From Callorhinchus milii (Eukaryota), in the NCBI RefSeq assembly GCF_018977255.1, contig NW_024704742.1, positions 120,840,001 through 120,904,000 on the forward strand: a stretch of 64,000 bases of DNA, in the 5' to 3' direction. Positions 51,308 through 64,000 of this stretch are shown here, in pieces. The notes beneath the pieces were generated by a model, which did not search any database, was not told the DNA's origin, and was given only the letters and a program-made list of their open reading frames with translations. Position 1 is the stretch's first letter; each line of letters begins with the position of its first letter. A program made the translations under genes and the position numbers.

Positions 51308-51898
51308 TTCCAAGAGTCAAATCCTGTGAAAGGTTTGTCATTTGAAAGGAAAAGGGCAAAGGAGACCTTACATGCAGTAACCTAATACTGAATATTAATG
51401 GTCAATACTCAACCCTACTCCTAAGATTTCAAAATCACCTTTGGTCACGGAGTTCTATTCTGGCTTAGTTGTAAATGCTCTTCTCTGCTTATTATACCAC
51501 CTGAGGAATTCATGGAAAAAGTAAAAGGTTTAGGTTTGGAGGTCAGGGAGGACACTATCTATAAAATTCATCAATACTATTCCCAAAGGCTATTATAGGC
51601 TGAAACTGCCTTATTCTAGAAGTGTGTGAGCTCGTCTTGACCTTCTTATTCAATGTTCTGTTATTCCAGGTGTGCAGGAGCTAGCCCTGGTTTGCTATTC
51701 ATACTAACTGTCCATTATTCCAGATTCATAGGATTTGCTTGTTTAGCCTTGTTTAGATAGTCACATTTAAATGCACTAAACACTAAACACTGCCTTGTTT
51801 AGATAGTCACATTTTAAATGCCTAAGCTTAACAATGATTCCGAAACATCCAAATAATACAAATAATAAGCTTCCCTCCTATCTTCTCCAACAAACTGT

Positions 51899-52262
51899 GG
51901 AGTCCCGTAGCGTGATAGTTAGCAAGCTTGCCTTGCAAGTGAGAGGATCTGGATTTGATTCCTGGGCGGGGATAAACCTTGGGCAACTTTCCTTACTCCA
52001 CACGCCTCTGTTTATCCTAGTAGTAAGTAGGAATCTGGTTGTTAGCCAATTGACAGCTCGCTTTCTAGGGGTAATAATCCCTTCAAAAAANTATAATAAT
52101 AATAATTTGGTCATTCACTCCATGATTGTTTGAGACATTGCTGTGCACTGTGTTTCATCCACAAAATACACAGTGAATCCACTTTGCAATACATTCTGTG
52201 AAGCGCTTTGAGATATCTCAGCAACATGATAAAGTGCTATATTAAATGCAATGATTATTATT
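51899..52262 (+). mobile_element. Full-length tRNA-derived SINE (long subfamily, more diverged)
   Basis: Same architecture as 50947-51307. Confidence 0.88.
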
Positions 52263-53124
52263 CTAGACACCTAGAACAGTCCATTCTATCACGTTGATTG
52301 CACAAGTAAGCATATTAAAGATGAATGCAGGCTTCAGACTTGCCCATCTCTTCTAGGATCTACCTAGTCCCATCCCATGTAAGCAGGTGCAAAACCTTTA
52401 GCAGCGTATTTCTATATTCTCTGAGGAGTAAGATGGCCAAGGATTGCGCGCAATGGTTTGAATGCCCCCAAATGGGAGGCAGACTGAGTCATCCGACCTT
52501 CAAACACTATTATTGAGCAGCACAGTTCAAGAGAATCAGCATCTGGCACAAGGCACCTCTCAAGCTCTGTCTGATTATGGAGACAAGTACTACCTCATCA
52601 ACTCACAGCCCTCTACAAAAAGCTAATGAGAGCTTGAAAGCATTCTGAGCTAAAGTAGCAGTCTGAAAAGAGGCATGCTGCGCACTGTCATCCATCTTCC
52701 TACTTTAGCACAACAAGAACCTACCAAGGAACTTGTTGTATGCAGATTTAAGACATACCATGAAAAGGATTGCACTGAACTATGAAATGTACTTCACAGG
52801 AGCCTTATCATAGCCTAGACATTGATAATAGCCACTTGAGTGAGCTATCAAAGCAACCAGTATTGCCTTTAGGAGAGAACATGGAAAGGAAGGGAAAAGC
52901 AACATGAAGGCATGAAATATTTTCCTTTCTTCCCTTTCTGAAAAACGTTTAAAAATACTAAATATTAGAATTGACCTTACAATAGCTGGATTTCAGATTG
53001 AAGTTGTCATTTTCTATCATTGTGAAAGCAGAGTTGGAACAAATCTGAGCTGAAACAATTAAATTTCACACGTAATAGCCCGCCAAGTATTCTAAATCTT
53101 TCATTGTGTAAAACACCTTATAAC

Positions 53125-53425
53125 AATAATAATAACTCCTGCATTTGATATAGCACCTTATCAGGTCAATGAGATGTCTCAAAGTGCTTCACAGGATATA
53201 CTTTGCATTTTGTTGGCGAAACGAGGCAGTCAGTTTGCACACAGCAATGTGCCACAAACAGCATGGAGAGAGTGACCAATGTTTTTTAGGGGATTGATGG
53301 ACAGGACACCGGGACAAACTCCCTTCTCCGTTCAAATAGTGCCATGTGATCTTTAACGCTCACCTGAACAGGCAGACGGGACCCTGTTTTTTTTTAAAAA
53401 CTCATCCGAAGGACAGTACCTTTGA
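53125..53425 (-). mobile_element. Deu-domain SINE
   Basis: caggacaccgggacaaactcc...aaatagtgccatgtgatctttaacgctcacctgaacaggcagacgggacc. Confidence 0.75.
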
Positions 53426-54284
53426 CCTTCAAATCAAGCCTGAAGGGAATAGGATCTGCCTGTCCATTGTAGCTCTTTGAATGTTCTGAATATTATGTAT
53501 TAAATTGTTTTTGTAATGTACATTTGTGTAATCAATGAAACTAAAACGAATGTGGTTTTAATTGTGTGAAATGGCAGCGGTGGAAACGGAGGCAGTGAGT
53601 GAGTGTATTCAGAAGTGTTTGTTTGTGCTTTGGCACCCAGCATGACAACTGGGAAAAAGTTAACTTACACTTGGGAATACGGAACAGTAAGGAACTGCAG
53701 GGTACGAAATCAGGAAGAGACTGTGTGTGTGCATGAATAGTCTTACATGCATAACAAAAGACTCATGAAAACAAGCTCCCCTGTGCACTGGCACTGCTCC
53801 AGGTCATTTGAAGTATATTATTGAGCTTATCCTTATTGAGTTTATCCTCTCCTTCTCCACTATAGCAGTATTATGGCATTTGACTTGATGACTGCTTATA
53901 CAAATCAATTCTGTGATTATGTTTGGGTTATTGGTGTGCACTGACTGATCTGTGCTTCATACTTCACAATACAGGAATAAGCAGCACTTGTCAAGTGTAA
54001 TGTTTGCTTTCCCACATTGAGCCCCACAGTAATATTGTGCCTGCTCAACTGTACGCCCTACAATTTGTATTCTGAAATCTTTAATTAAATAGGATAACTT
54101 TATGAGAGAAAAGTACTGGACTATTGAGCCACAGACTAAAAAGGGCATGAGGCCAATTTATTAAAATTGAAACACCTGAAAAAACAAAAAATAATCCCAT
54201 ATTATTGTCCGTGCTCTGTTGACCCTTTCTACAGACCAGCATGGTCCAACTAGCGGCCAGTATTACCAAAGCTACCAGTATTTT

Positions 54285-54585
54285 AAGAGAGGAAGTGGAA
54301 AGGAAGGAAAAAATAACATGAAGGCATAAATGCGTGAGGGGGTAAGGAAGTGAATGTGAGGGAGAGACGGAGAGATAAAAAACAGAGAGATAGAGGAGGA
54401 GATTTAGAGGGGAAGATTGAGGGAGGGTGTTTGAGAGTTTGAGAGGGGATTGAGAGTGTGTGTGGGAGAGAGGGGTAGTGAGAGAGAGGGGGTAGAGAGA
54501 GAATGATTGAGGGAAAGGCATGAGGGAGAGTGGGAGAGAGAAACACAAAGAGTGAGAGAGCAGAGAAAGGAAAGGAGAATTGAAG
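54285..54585. repeat. Purine-rich (GA) low-complexity tract
   Basis: Strongly G/A-biased sequence; source of the spurious Leu/Ser/Pro-rich minus-strand ORFs. Confidence 0.85.
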
Positions 54586-55857
54586 GTAGTGTTTTTTGGT
54601 TCACTGTCAGGACAGACAATCTGAGCTTCCCTTGGCCATCGTGGGGAAGACCGAGGGCAGACACCGAATGATGTACCGTGCGGTTTCCTCACAGAATGCT
54701 CCCTTGTTCCACCGTGAAAAACTCCTCTACGTCCATCATTCCACCTCCCTCCCCACCCTATCTCTGTGACGTCCCGATCTGGCCATTCATCTTAGCATAG
54801 GAGAGGTTACAAAAGGCAACTAGAATGATAGCTGGGTACATTAAGGAGAGTCAATAGAAGCTTGAACAATTCACAATGAAGAGAATGCTCAGGATAGACC
54901 TTATTTACCCTTTTCAAAGGCCCCCATATCTTCACAGACTGCAGACCTTTTCCTTAAAGTTTAAGATCATGAAGAATTGTGGAAATTCCTAATATTAACA
55001 CTGAATTTGAAAGTTGGTATTCCACTCTTTTTAAAAAAAAACAAGAACTCCAAGGAAACTAGCTTTCAAATTAATGGCGATTTCAAGAAATCCAAATTTC
55101 TGCATGATCATAATACCATGTCAAAACTCTAAAACTGAACTGAAATGCATTGCATTTAACATGCCGAAAAATTTAGAAGGAGACACAAGCTCTAACTTGG
55201 GCGAGGAAAGTTGAACACACAGTAAAGATTCAATCACTTTACACAGTGAGGGAGGATAGGTGGTGGGGACAGATTGTGTCAACAAATTCAATAGGGAATG
55301 TGAAATGGCTAGTGGACAAAGAAATCGATTGATAGGCATCATAAAAAAGTAATAAAGAATTTATTATTTTTTTCTCAAAAAAATATATTTTTGGACTGGC
55401 ATTTGAACCGGAATTATTTTTACTTGTCCTATATATTTCTATCTTCCTATGGTTAGCAAACCTTCATTACTGTAGAACACCATACATGGTAACTATCCAC
55501 ATGCATGTGTCTCCTTGTTCTAAATTTTTCGGCATGTTAAATGCAATGCAGTTCTGGTAGGGAAGCAAAATTGGGTGTGATTTCAACAACAATTATTTGT
55601 TGGACAGAATTTAACACAGATGAGAATTTATTTCAGCAGAGCTGGTTCAGGAAAGGGGATTTGACCAGAAAAGTAAGGATCAGAGAAAGACACACACAAA
55701 CTCATATGGTTAGAGATGGAAAGAAAGAGAAGCGCACAGATAGATAAAGAGGCAGAAAGAGTCACCCAAACCCCTCACAACGACTTGATATCTGTACTGT
55801 TCTAAAATCATGATGGGGTCAGTTCCAATTAGCATGGGTAACATGCTCTCTACTCTC

Positions 55858-56823
55858 TGAGAGGTTGCATGGTTCAAACATCTGTTCAATTGATGAACAT
55901 TATGAGCTTAATGGGTAGAAATAACAGAGGAACAAAGTTGTTTTCAAAAAGACAATATACTATATGCACACACAAGTCATACTAACCATCAGTTGCAAGC
56001 GAGGAATGGTTATCTTCCAAAACAAACCAACTGATAATGACTACCAGATAGCTCATCTATATCAAGCCATGGTAAGGTTCATGCTGCGATTCCAGCTAGA
56101 ACCACCCTACCCATTACAGCTTTAGCCTGCAGAGCTCAGATGAGTCTCATTGCTAACAACAACAAAATTACATTTGTATAGTACCTTTCACGTCAGAAGG
56201 ACATCGCAAGGCGCTGGTCAGACAAACTGCTCAACTGTCAACAAAACCTCGGATTACCACAAATATGGAATAGTAAATAAAGAGATGCTAAACATTATTT
56301 TTATTAAATTGGTGTCCTAATTGGCTAACCAGCACTGAAATACTGAGACCTACGCATCCGATGACTTCATGATTAAACCATATGCATAAAATTTAGGAAG
56401 GAGAAAAGGAAAGAGTTTTCAGTAGTCGGAAGTAATTTTTCACCTTGATATGTTAAAACCCGGTGATTGGGATTTAAAATGCTCTTTGCCACCATCACTA
56501 CTGTGTATGCACTACCAAATGTGCCCTGGACCATAAACAGAACATTCGATATTGAATCTCCTGAAAGGCATGCAGACATGTGAAATCTTTGTTTTGATGA
56601 AATCTTGAGTTGGAGCCAAGATCCTCCCAACTATGTGCACTGCACAGGGAATTCCATGTGTCAAGTATTGCTAATGTTATGGACATTTTTATCCGGGGAC
56701 CTTCAACAGTAATATAGGTTAAGCACTTTCTGAACCTTATTGGTTTTGTGCTCCTGTTATTTCTATCCATTAAGCTCATAATGTTCATCAGTTGAACAAA
56801 TGTTTGAATCATCCAGCCTCTCA
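55858..56823. repeat. Long inverted repeat: 70-bp arms at 55858-55927 and 56754-56823
   Basis: Manual alignment of arm A with the reverse complement of arm B gives 64/70 identities. Confidence 0.9.
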
Positions 56824-59800
56824 AATGCACACTGAATACTCATTAGTCTTATTAAAATGCAAGATAGTACAACTGAACATGCCTGTTGACATTTGTTCTG
56901 CAGAACTTTACAGAACATGGTACATTTGAGTTACATCTTGTGTTGTTTTGTGCTTTAACTCGTGACTGAACAGCAAAACTGCATAATTCGAGAAGGCTTT
57001 GAAACAGATGACTACTGAACTATGATTTGGGATAGTTAAAATTTCACAGCCTAATTTTTGACAGATTTTGTGTTCTTCTGAATCACATTACTTACGAAAT
57101 AAGAACAAGCCAATGCTGAGAAGCACAAAGCCCCACCTTATGACTGAACTTGCATGCATTTACATTTTCTAGAAACAGAACTAGTTTTCAATAAAATAAG
57201 ACTGAACCTACAGGCACAATAACCATTTTATTTCATTGCAGTCATTGTTTACAATGAAAGCAGTGCAGTTTCACTATAAATAAAAATTGCCTATTTCCAG
57301 GTTGATGTTCCCAAACAAAACAAGAGGATTTGTATTCATTCTTCAGACATAAAAATAAATCTAAACTCAGTGGTTGGTTACAAACCTTAATCAAATAAAT
57401 CCCTTTTATGCAAAGTCATTTTCAAATATTGCTTTAAAGCTGTAAGGTGCAAGATGTTCTCCAAGAACCCAAGGTAGAGACAAGAGAATATCATTCAGCT
57501 CAGACTCAGTCAGCCGCGTACCTTAGTAATAAATGTACAGAACCAGCTCAAATTGTTTTTAGCTTGTTTCTGTCTCATTACTCCTTGCTGAAACATCATA
57601 ACTAAATCCACAGTCACTTAACAAGACATTTTACAAGGTGCACCACACACAAAATTGTGTGATGATGATAACCACACATCAAAGAATCATAGAATTATCC
57701 AGCACACAAGGAGCCATTTAGCCCATCATGTCTGTGCCGGCTCTTTTAAAAGAACTATCCAAATCAATCCCACTCCCCCGCTCTCTCCACAAGGCCCCGC
57801 AAACTTGTCCTCCCCAAATAATTATCTACTTGTCTCTTAAAAGTTGTTACCGAATCACTAAATGTCTCTAAAATTAGGCTTTTTTTGTTTTTAATATAAA
57901 AATAGTTACCTTATTGCAAAGTTGCCTTAGAAACAGATTTTTGGAGACACATCAAAAATTTCCAACACAATGATAATTATGTGTATTAATTATGTATTTC
58001 AACAACAGCAATTTCATTCCAATCGAGGAATGATTGCCACAAACCTTCTGAATTCAAACCACATTTTCAAAGGACTGTTGTCATTTTAGTACCAATTATT
58101 ATCAATTCCCTTTGCTACTTTCATCTAAATAGAACATTATTAGTGTACAGAACAATACACACAGATTTACAATGTGGATCCGAAAAGGTTTAATCAGTTA
58201 TTTTCTATGTTACTCATTATTTAATCAATGTTACGTTGGTAAAAATAACACATTAATTAACATGCTTTGAGCATTCCCAGAGGAACAGATGCAAAGACTT
58301 CTGGCTTAACCAGTTTTCAAAATCAAATATAAATGTTAATTACCATTTTCTAATGTGGTTTCCATTCTGTTGGGTTAATCCTAAAAGGATATCCTAGGTT
58401 ACAGTCACTACGAGTAAAAATTCTTAAACAATATAAAGCCATCAAACGGTCATTGAGCTTCACGTATCTAATGCTTTGATTATGCTGCAGTTTTTTGTGG
58501 TGATTTAACAAAAAAAGTACAGTGTAAGTTGGGGTGAGCAGTATGATGTGCCTGCCAGCAAGACCACCTTGAAAATATAAATACAATTGGTGTGAATCAA
58601 TTGAGGCTCCTCTCAGAAAGTTTTGGCAACTGGCTTGTTAATAATATTTTTTTAAAAAGCCGATACCAGAATTCAGACCGTTTATGATCAAGGTTGACCC
58701 ATTAGCTGAGCTACCACTTTTGAATCTAGCTATTTAGCCCTCAGTTAAATGTTATTAGCACATTAGTATAAACTGGGCATCCTACCCCTATTGAGAGAAG
58801 TTCCATCATTTACTCGATTTATGTAGCATGTCAGAGCATCCAGAATTTGGCAAATTGTTGAATTCAATCATAACTTTGAAGTTGGTTTATTAATAATAAT
58901 TCTTGCATTTGGTATGGTAGCTTTTACGTTGACAGGACGTCTCAAAGTCCTTTACATAATATACTGTAAAGTATACTGGCTTTAATTTTGTAGGGGTTCT
59001 TAAAAGAACTTACAGAAAAACAGCTTGCAAATTGCATTTAAGTATGTGTCTTTCACGTCAGGAGGATTTCCCAAGACTGTATTTAAGAAATTGTCAAATT
59101 CTGGACACTCTGAACTGCTACATAAAAAGAGTATATCAAGACCAGGTAGAATTGCTCTCCACCAGTTACTTTATTACTTGAAATATTACTTTGCTTTCAG
59201 CAATAGAAACAATGGGAAAGGGAGCATACAACTTCAAATTTCAGGTAATTGAGCAATCCATCACCAAACTACTGGGAGATACTTACAATACAATACAAAA
59301 TTATGTTTGTGTAGTGCCTTTTACCACCCCAAGGCGCTGGGGTGATGATGAGTTCCGACACGTTGAGGCCCCAGGTATTTAAGTAAAAATCTATGTATAA
59401 TATGTATATTGACATATTGTATATTATACAGATAATTCAGTTATTCACTCTAGTAGAACCATCTACCTCAGCGGCCAAGTACTTTGATGCAATTATCACC
59501 GTTCACTGTATAGTTCAAAAATCTAATCTCAGAAAAAATACTAATCTAGAATGTATGGATATTACCTCGACCTTGTTGGTAAAAAAACTATTTTGGGTAG
59601 TAGATTCTATCACAACAACAACTTGTATTTATATAGCACCCTTCATGCGGGGCGTCCCCAGCTGAAACATCAATACATCTTTCTCCTTTAGCTAGTTGAT
59701 TCAGTATCCAGTATTTTGTCTTGGTTTCACCTGAAACATTATCTCTTGTTTGCAGAAGCTTGAATGCAAAGTTAATAAGCACTTTCTTGACCAAGGTTCT

Positions 59801-59984
59801 GAGCTGCCAGGGCTGGTTGTGAATTATAAGCCCACACAATAGCCGCTCTGGCACACAACCAGTCACTCCTGTAACCTATTGGCATCAGCAAGCAAGTGAC
59901 TGTCACACTATGGGCATTCCTCACATGACCAACACTCCGCCAGGCAGACAAAAGATACTCTGCCTTACTCCAGGAACACCAGGA

Positions 59985-60530
59985 CACAGACCATTCAGCT
60001 CATTCATCTCATCTTTTCAGAACATCCACCCTACCATCCTCCCATAACAGCGTTAAGCTTTTATTTTAAAAACGAGTGAAGCATCCTGCACTTAACTACC
60101 CTTCCTAATAGCCTTTTTGTCATTAATTTGTCTTTGCCTGTCTTGAAATTGTCCTTTGCAATCCTAATATTGTATTCTGCTCTCTCTGTGTATCCAAAAG
60201 TATGGATCTTAGTTTAATTTCTCAAAACCATTTAAAATCTTACCTCTATAAGGTCCCTCCAGAGATGACTCTTTTCAAGACTGAATAGCTCATTCTTCTA
60301 ACACCAGGAGAACCTTGTGACTGTACTCTGGTCTGTGTCTAGGGCTTGGCAAGCCCCCTTATGTTGTGTTGACCATAACTGTATGCAGGACTCCAGGTGC
60401 TGCCTGACCAGAATAATATACAGTACAGCTCCAGTACGATATCTGAGAATCTGAGCTCATCCCAGATACGGGAATATAACCCAGCAGCCTGTTTGTCTTG
60501 TTTATTGCTTCTCACACTGTTTTGACATGA
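59985..60530 (-). mobile_element. Old CR1 LINE fragment
   Basis: gaccataactgtatgcaggactccaggtgctgcctgaccag is the reverse complement of an LVRxHLExCIQ-type motif; cttttcaagactgaatagc gives LFSLEK. Confidence 0.65.
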
Positions 60531-60654
60531 TGAGTTATGATGAGCGATGAGTCAAGCAACACCACAAGATAAAAGCAATAATCCTCAGATTTACTATGGT
60601 GGCTTTGAGATGTCCCCCAGACGTGAAAGGATATACATCAAATCTTGGGATATC

Positions 60655-60930
60655 ATACAGTTCTGGCATCCTACTTGTCCCTCATCCCCTCCACCATCGA
60701 CAGCCGTGCTTTCAGCCACTACGTCCCGAAGCTCTGGAACTCTCTTCTCCAATCCCTCCACCTTGCCCCCGCCCTTCCCTGTTTTAGATCACAACTGAAG
60801 ACCTTAATCTTTGACCGTGGTTACATCCATCTCCTCCTTCTCCCCGCTCAGTGTCAGGCTCCACCACTGTTAAGTGCTCCGAGATGCTGCCCCGTGTGAA
60901 AGGAACCTATATAATTACAAGTTGTTGATT
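60655..60930 (+). mobile_element. L2 LINE 3' end
   Basis: STIDSRAFSHYVPKLWNSL...LKTLIFDRG; tail. Confidence 0.8.
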
Positions 60931-61547
60931 CCACCAACTGCATGTTGCTGTTATATCACCTATTATAATCAACAGAGGCATTGCCATTAACAGAGACTGT
61001 TTCAACTATTATATTATTTCAGTTCTCCAGTTCCTTTGATGATCAAATATATATGATCATCACAGATATTCAAAAAATCATATCAAAGTGTACAAGAAAA
61101 AGAGATGCCAAAACTAGTTATTGCTCATTGTGATCATCTGAGTTTTCGAGACAGCTACTGGTGATAAAACCTGTCACTAATACACCATTCTTGCCTGTAC
61201 TGACAAGTACTGCAGTTTTACCATCAGCAGGTCAATGTTCTCTTATGTTCCATCCTTTGAAGAAATCACTTGACAACGATCAAAGAAAGTCATACAAGAA
61301 ATCTTTTAAAAAATCGAAACTGGGTAAAAGTTCTTGAACTTTATATATATATTATAAACTCTCCTGCTTTATATCATCTGTGAGAGTACTTCAGATTGTT
61401 AAATCCTTCACTTTGTAGCAAAAGATTAAGTGTTGGCAATCGGATAAACCCAAAGAATTAAAGAAACTGTAAATGTTGTAAAATTAAGAACTTTATAAAT
61501 GGAAGGAATTCTTACAATCTATACTTTTAAAAATTCAAAGCATTAAT

Positions 61548-61810
61548 GATAATTTATGTACTTTTCACATCGAGAGGACATCTCAAAGTGCTTCACACAA
61601 CTGATTAAGAGACTAAACTTCGGGGGAGGTGGAGGGAAGTGAGCTAGGGAGGGGAAGGGAAGTGGTCAGAAGCGTAGTTGAAGTGATAAGTCCTAAGGTG
61701 GGTTTGAAGGTGGAGAGGGAGAGGTAGAGCACAGGGACTTGGGATAGAGTTTAAGAGAGTGAGGCAGAGTGGCTAAAAGTTCGCCTATCGACGATGAGGT
61801 GAAGCAGGTG
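61548..61810 (-). mobile_element. Old L2 3' end
   Basis: Reverse-complement L2 tail and 3'UTR (tttcacatcgagaggacatctcaaagtgct...gggatagagtttaagag). Confidence 0.6.
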
Positions 61811-63751
61811 ACCTCACATGAAGCAAATGTTAAGAAAACATATTGTATGTTAAATGTCATAGGCCATCAAAGTAAAATAAGCCACAAAAAACATAATCCA
61901 AACCTTTTTCTTTGGAAAGCTTTTAAGACCACAAACCCCCAAAACGGCTTGTATGAACATTTCAGCAAGACTGTATTCGTGCCAAGTGGTGTATACATTA
62001 ATAATTGCACCAAAGAAGCAGATTGGGGAAGGGTTGGGTGGGGGGGAGGGGAGGTGCTTCAGAATAAAAGCCTCTGGTGGTATTATTCAGCTCTTATGCT
62101 AGATTTCTAGTACCTCTTACCATGGAAAAGAATGTGAAACACTGTAGAAAGTTTTTTTATGCTCTTGTATCTAAAAACTAATAGAATTACTCTGAAAATA
62201 AGTATACAATATACATTTGTATAGCGCCTTTCACATCAGGAGGACAGCTCAAAGGAGGACTATTCTTTCTGGTTTACTTTTACACAGAAGCATGGCAATG
62301 ACAAGGAGGAGAGCTTATTGAAAGAAATTCTAAATACCAAGGGCAGGGCAAGGCTGCCTGCGCTTATTTTTAAATGTTCGAAGGCCGGGCTCCTGACTGG
62401 AAATTATTTTCCTGCACTTAAGGGTACATGATTCAGCAGTAAGCCTGCTCTTATATGCAGATGATTCTATTGGCATATCTCAGAAATCTATTGGGTTAAG
62501 AGAGGCTTTTAGATGCCAAGGTTGATTTTGGTAATAAATGGAGATTAGAAGTAATTAAATGCAGATCCAGATCTTTTGTTTGTTCAAAAGAAGTAAAAGG
62601 TCTTTTACTGGAGAGAAGAAGATGAAAGCAGTGATGCATTTTGAGGACAATAATACAAAACAGAGCTCAAGCCGTCAAGCAAATTTCGTGATCGGTTACT
62701 CCACGGCTGACTGTTACCAGCTACTCCCTTGGGATCGCTGCCATTTCTTTGGTCATCTGAAACCAACTGTGGTTCTATTAAACATCTTGTGCTGTACAAT
62801 AATCATTCCACTAAACTTAATTAGTACAATTTCACAATGCTAGAAAATGATGGCATACCTACAATTTTCAAATGACATGAAACGCATAATATTTAATAAA
62901 TGTAGGTGTCAAACACTTAATCTAATATAAATGATGATCATTTAGTAAGACAAGTCTTATACCCCTTTGATAACGGGTTCTTTTACCTGCACTTGACAAT
63001 TTATATTTTCTAATTAATGAATACGACAAAAGACATTTGTATCATCCTTAACTGTCAGTTATTTTAATGATTGACCATCAAACTAAAGTAATCCCAAAAA
63101 CCATGATCGCTTTGAATATTCAAGTTGCAGTGCATTGGAATAATCTCTAAGAAACAGCAGTCAGACCAAAGCTGACAACAACTGTGTTAAATATTTATTT
63201 TTATTTAAAAAAATTACTGTGCAAACCAGCCACAAGGATAAGGATTTGTCTCACTCATCTCCTGTTAACCCTGCAAGCCAAAGCCCAAACATAGTGTGGT
63301 CCTAGCTGGCCAAGCAGTGGGAAAGCTCGACAGGCAGTGCTTTTTCCCGGGAGGGAGTGCACATTCCATTCCAAACAGCGGGATTTCCGTGTGAAGGCGG
63401 CATGCATGGTTATATACTCTTAAATACAATATGATGAAGGGTTTCCACATACATTAGACACCAAAAACAAGAGTGAATGAGGAATCAATAGCAAAAAAAA
63501 CTATTCTGTGGCGTAGGCTGCTCATACTCAAATCATTACGTGCAACGAGCTTCTGAATAACTACGCATCTGAGATCTTGATCTTATTTCCCCCAAATTCA
63601 TAAAGTCTAAAAGCTAGTTGCCATTATACTAAATTACAATGGGACTTGTACTTTCTTGAAGTATATATATTTGTATTTGCATTGGAGACTACATTTCAAC
63701 ACCAACAGATGGGAGAGTTACAATGCAACATGTCTTTAAATGTCTACTTAC

Positions 63752-63836
63752 CAGCTTCTTCCTCTTGTCCTGTTCAGTTGGTGGCTCTTCATCTTCACTC
63801 ACCTTATGGTCTTCATAATGTGACATCACCATACAA
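63752..63836 (-). CDS. IPO11: Importin-11 internal (penultimate) coding exon, 85 bp
   Basis: Acceptor ttttattctttgaacatag and donor CTG|gtaagt; translates (phase 2 in, phase 0 out) to CMVMSHYEDHKVSEDEEPPTEQDKRKKL, closely matching the vertebrate IPO11 C-terminal stretch CMLMSHLEEPKVTEDEEPPTEQDKRKKM as I recall it. Confidence 0.9.
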
Positions 63837-64000
63837 CTATGTTCAAAGAATAAAATGAGAACAATTGAACCATTTCAATTACTATGGGGAGTATTTATTG
63901 GTCCAAAATGTACAACTCTTTTGTACAAATGAGCAGGATCTCATGGCTGAGTATGTTCATCTCAAACAGCAGTGGCTGAATGTCACAACAGCAGGGCCCC

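Noticed and set aside
51747..51821. About 29-bp direct duplication (gccttgtttagatagtcacatttaaatgc)
   Set aside because: Ordinary local slippage duplication; a similar 16-bp case lies at 24851 and 24885.
54081..54692. 203-aa Leu/Ser/Pro-rich ORF
   Set aside because: Artefact of a GA-rich low-complexity tract that lacks stop codons on the minus strand.
56444..56561. AG/GT-bounded 118-bp minus-strand segment reading DSISNVLFMVQGTFGSAYTVVMVAKSILNPNHRVLTYQ
   Set aside because: That frame needs phase 1, but the upstream IPO11 exon ends in phase 0, which gives EIQYRMFCLWSRAHLVVHTQ*; the donor is weak and I recognise no homology. Kept only as a cryptic exon within the inverted-repeat finding.
56755..56795. 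Hammerhead-, SECIS- or box C-like CTGATGA...GAAA in inverted-repeat arm B
   Set aside because: Four extra bases separate the stem from GAAA, no helix I or III is evident, the stem is too short for a SECIS, and there is no nearby box D.

Overview
This is eukaryotic, repeat-rich vertebrate DNA, not a prokaryotic locus. The repeat content (tRNA-Ala-headed SINEs with L2-type tails, L2 and CR1 LINE fragments, Deu-domain SINEs, Penelope-type hammerhead units) suggests a cartilaginous fish, probably a chimaera such as Callorhinchus (inference). The only well-supported coding sequence is an 85-bp minus-strand exon at 63752-63836 matching the penultimate exon of importin-11 (IPO11). I could not find the terminal IPO11 exon, so nearly all of the window is probably one very long last intron. 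Most ORFs in the track are LINE/SINE or tandem-repeat artefacts. The most notable non-coding items are: (i) three recognisable and one decayed minimal type I hammerhead ribozyme motifs of Penelope-like elements, all antisense to IPO11; (ii) a 414-bp non-autonomous Helitron inside a SINE; (iii) a 70-bp, 91%-identical inverted repeat spanning about 1 kb that matches no common repeat family here; (iv) an 81-bp hAT MITE; (v) an unassigned two-block repeat present twice, 59 kb apart; (vi) several CNE-like islands. Repeat boundaries are approximate, and family names come from recalled consensus motifs, not database searches.
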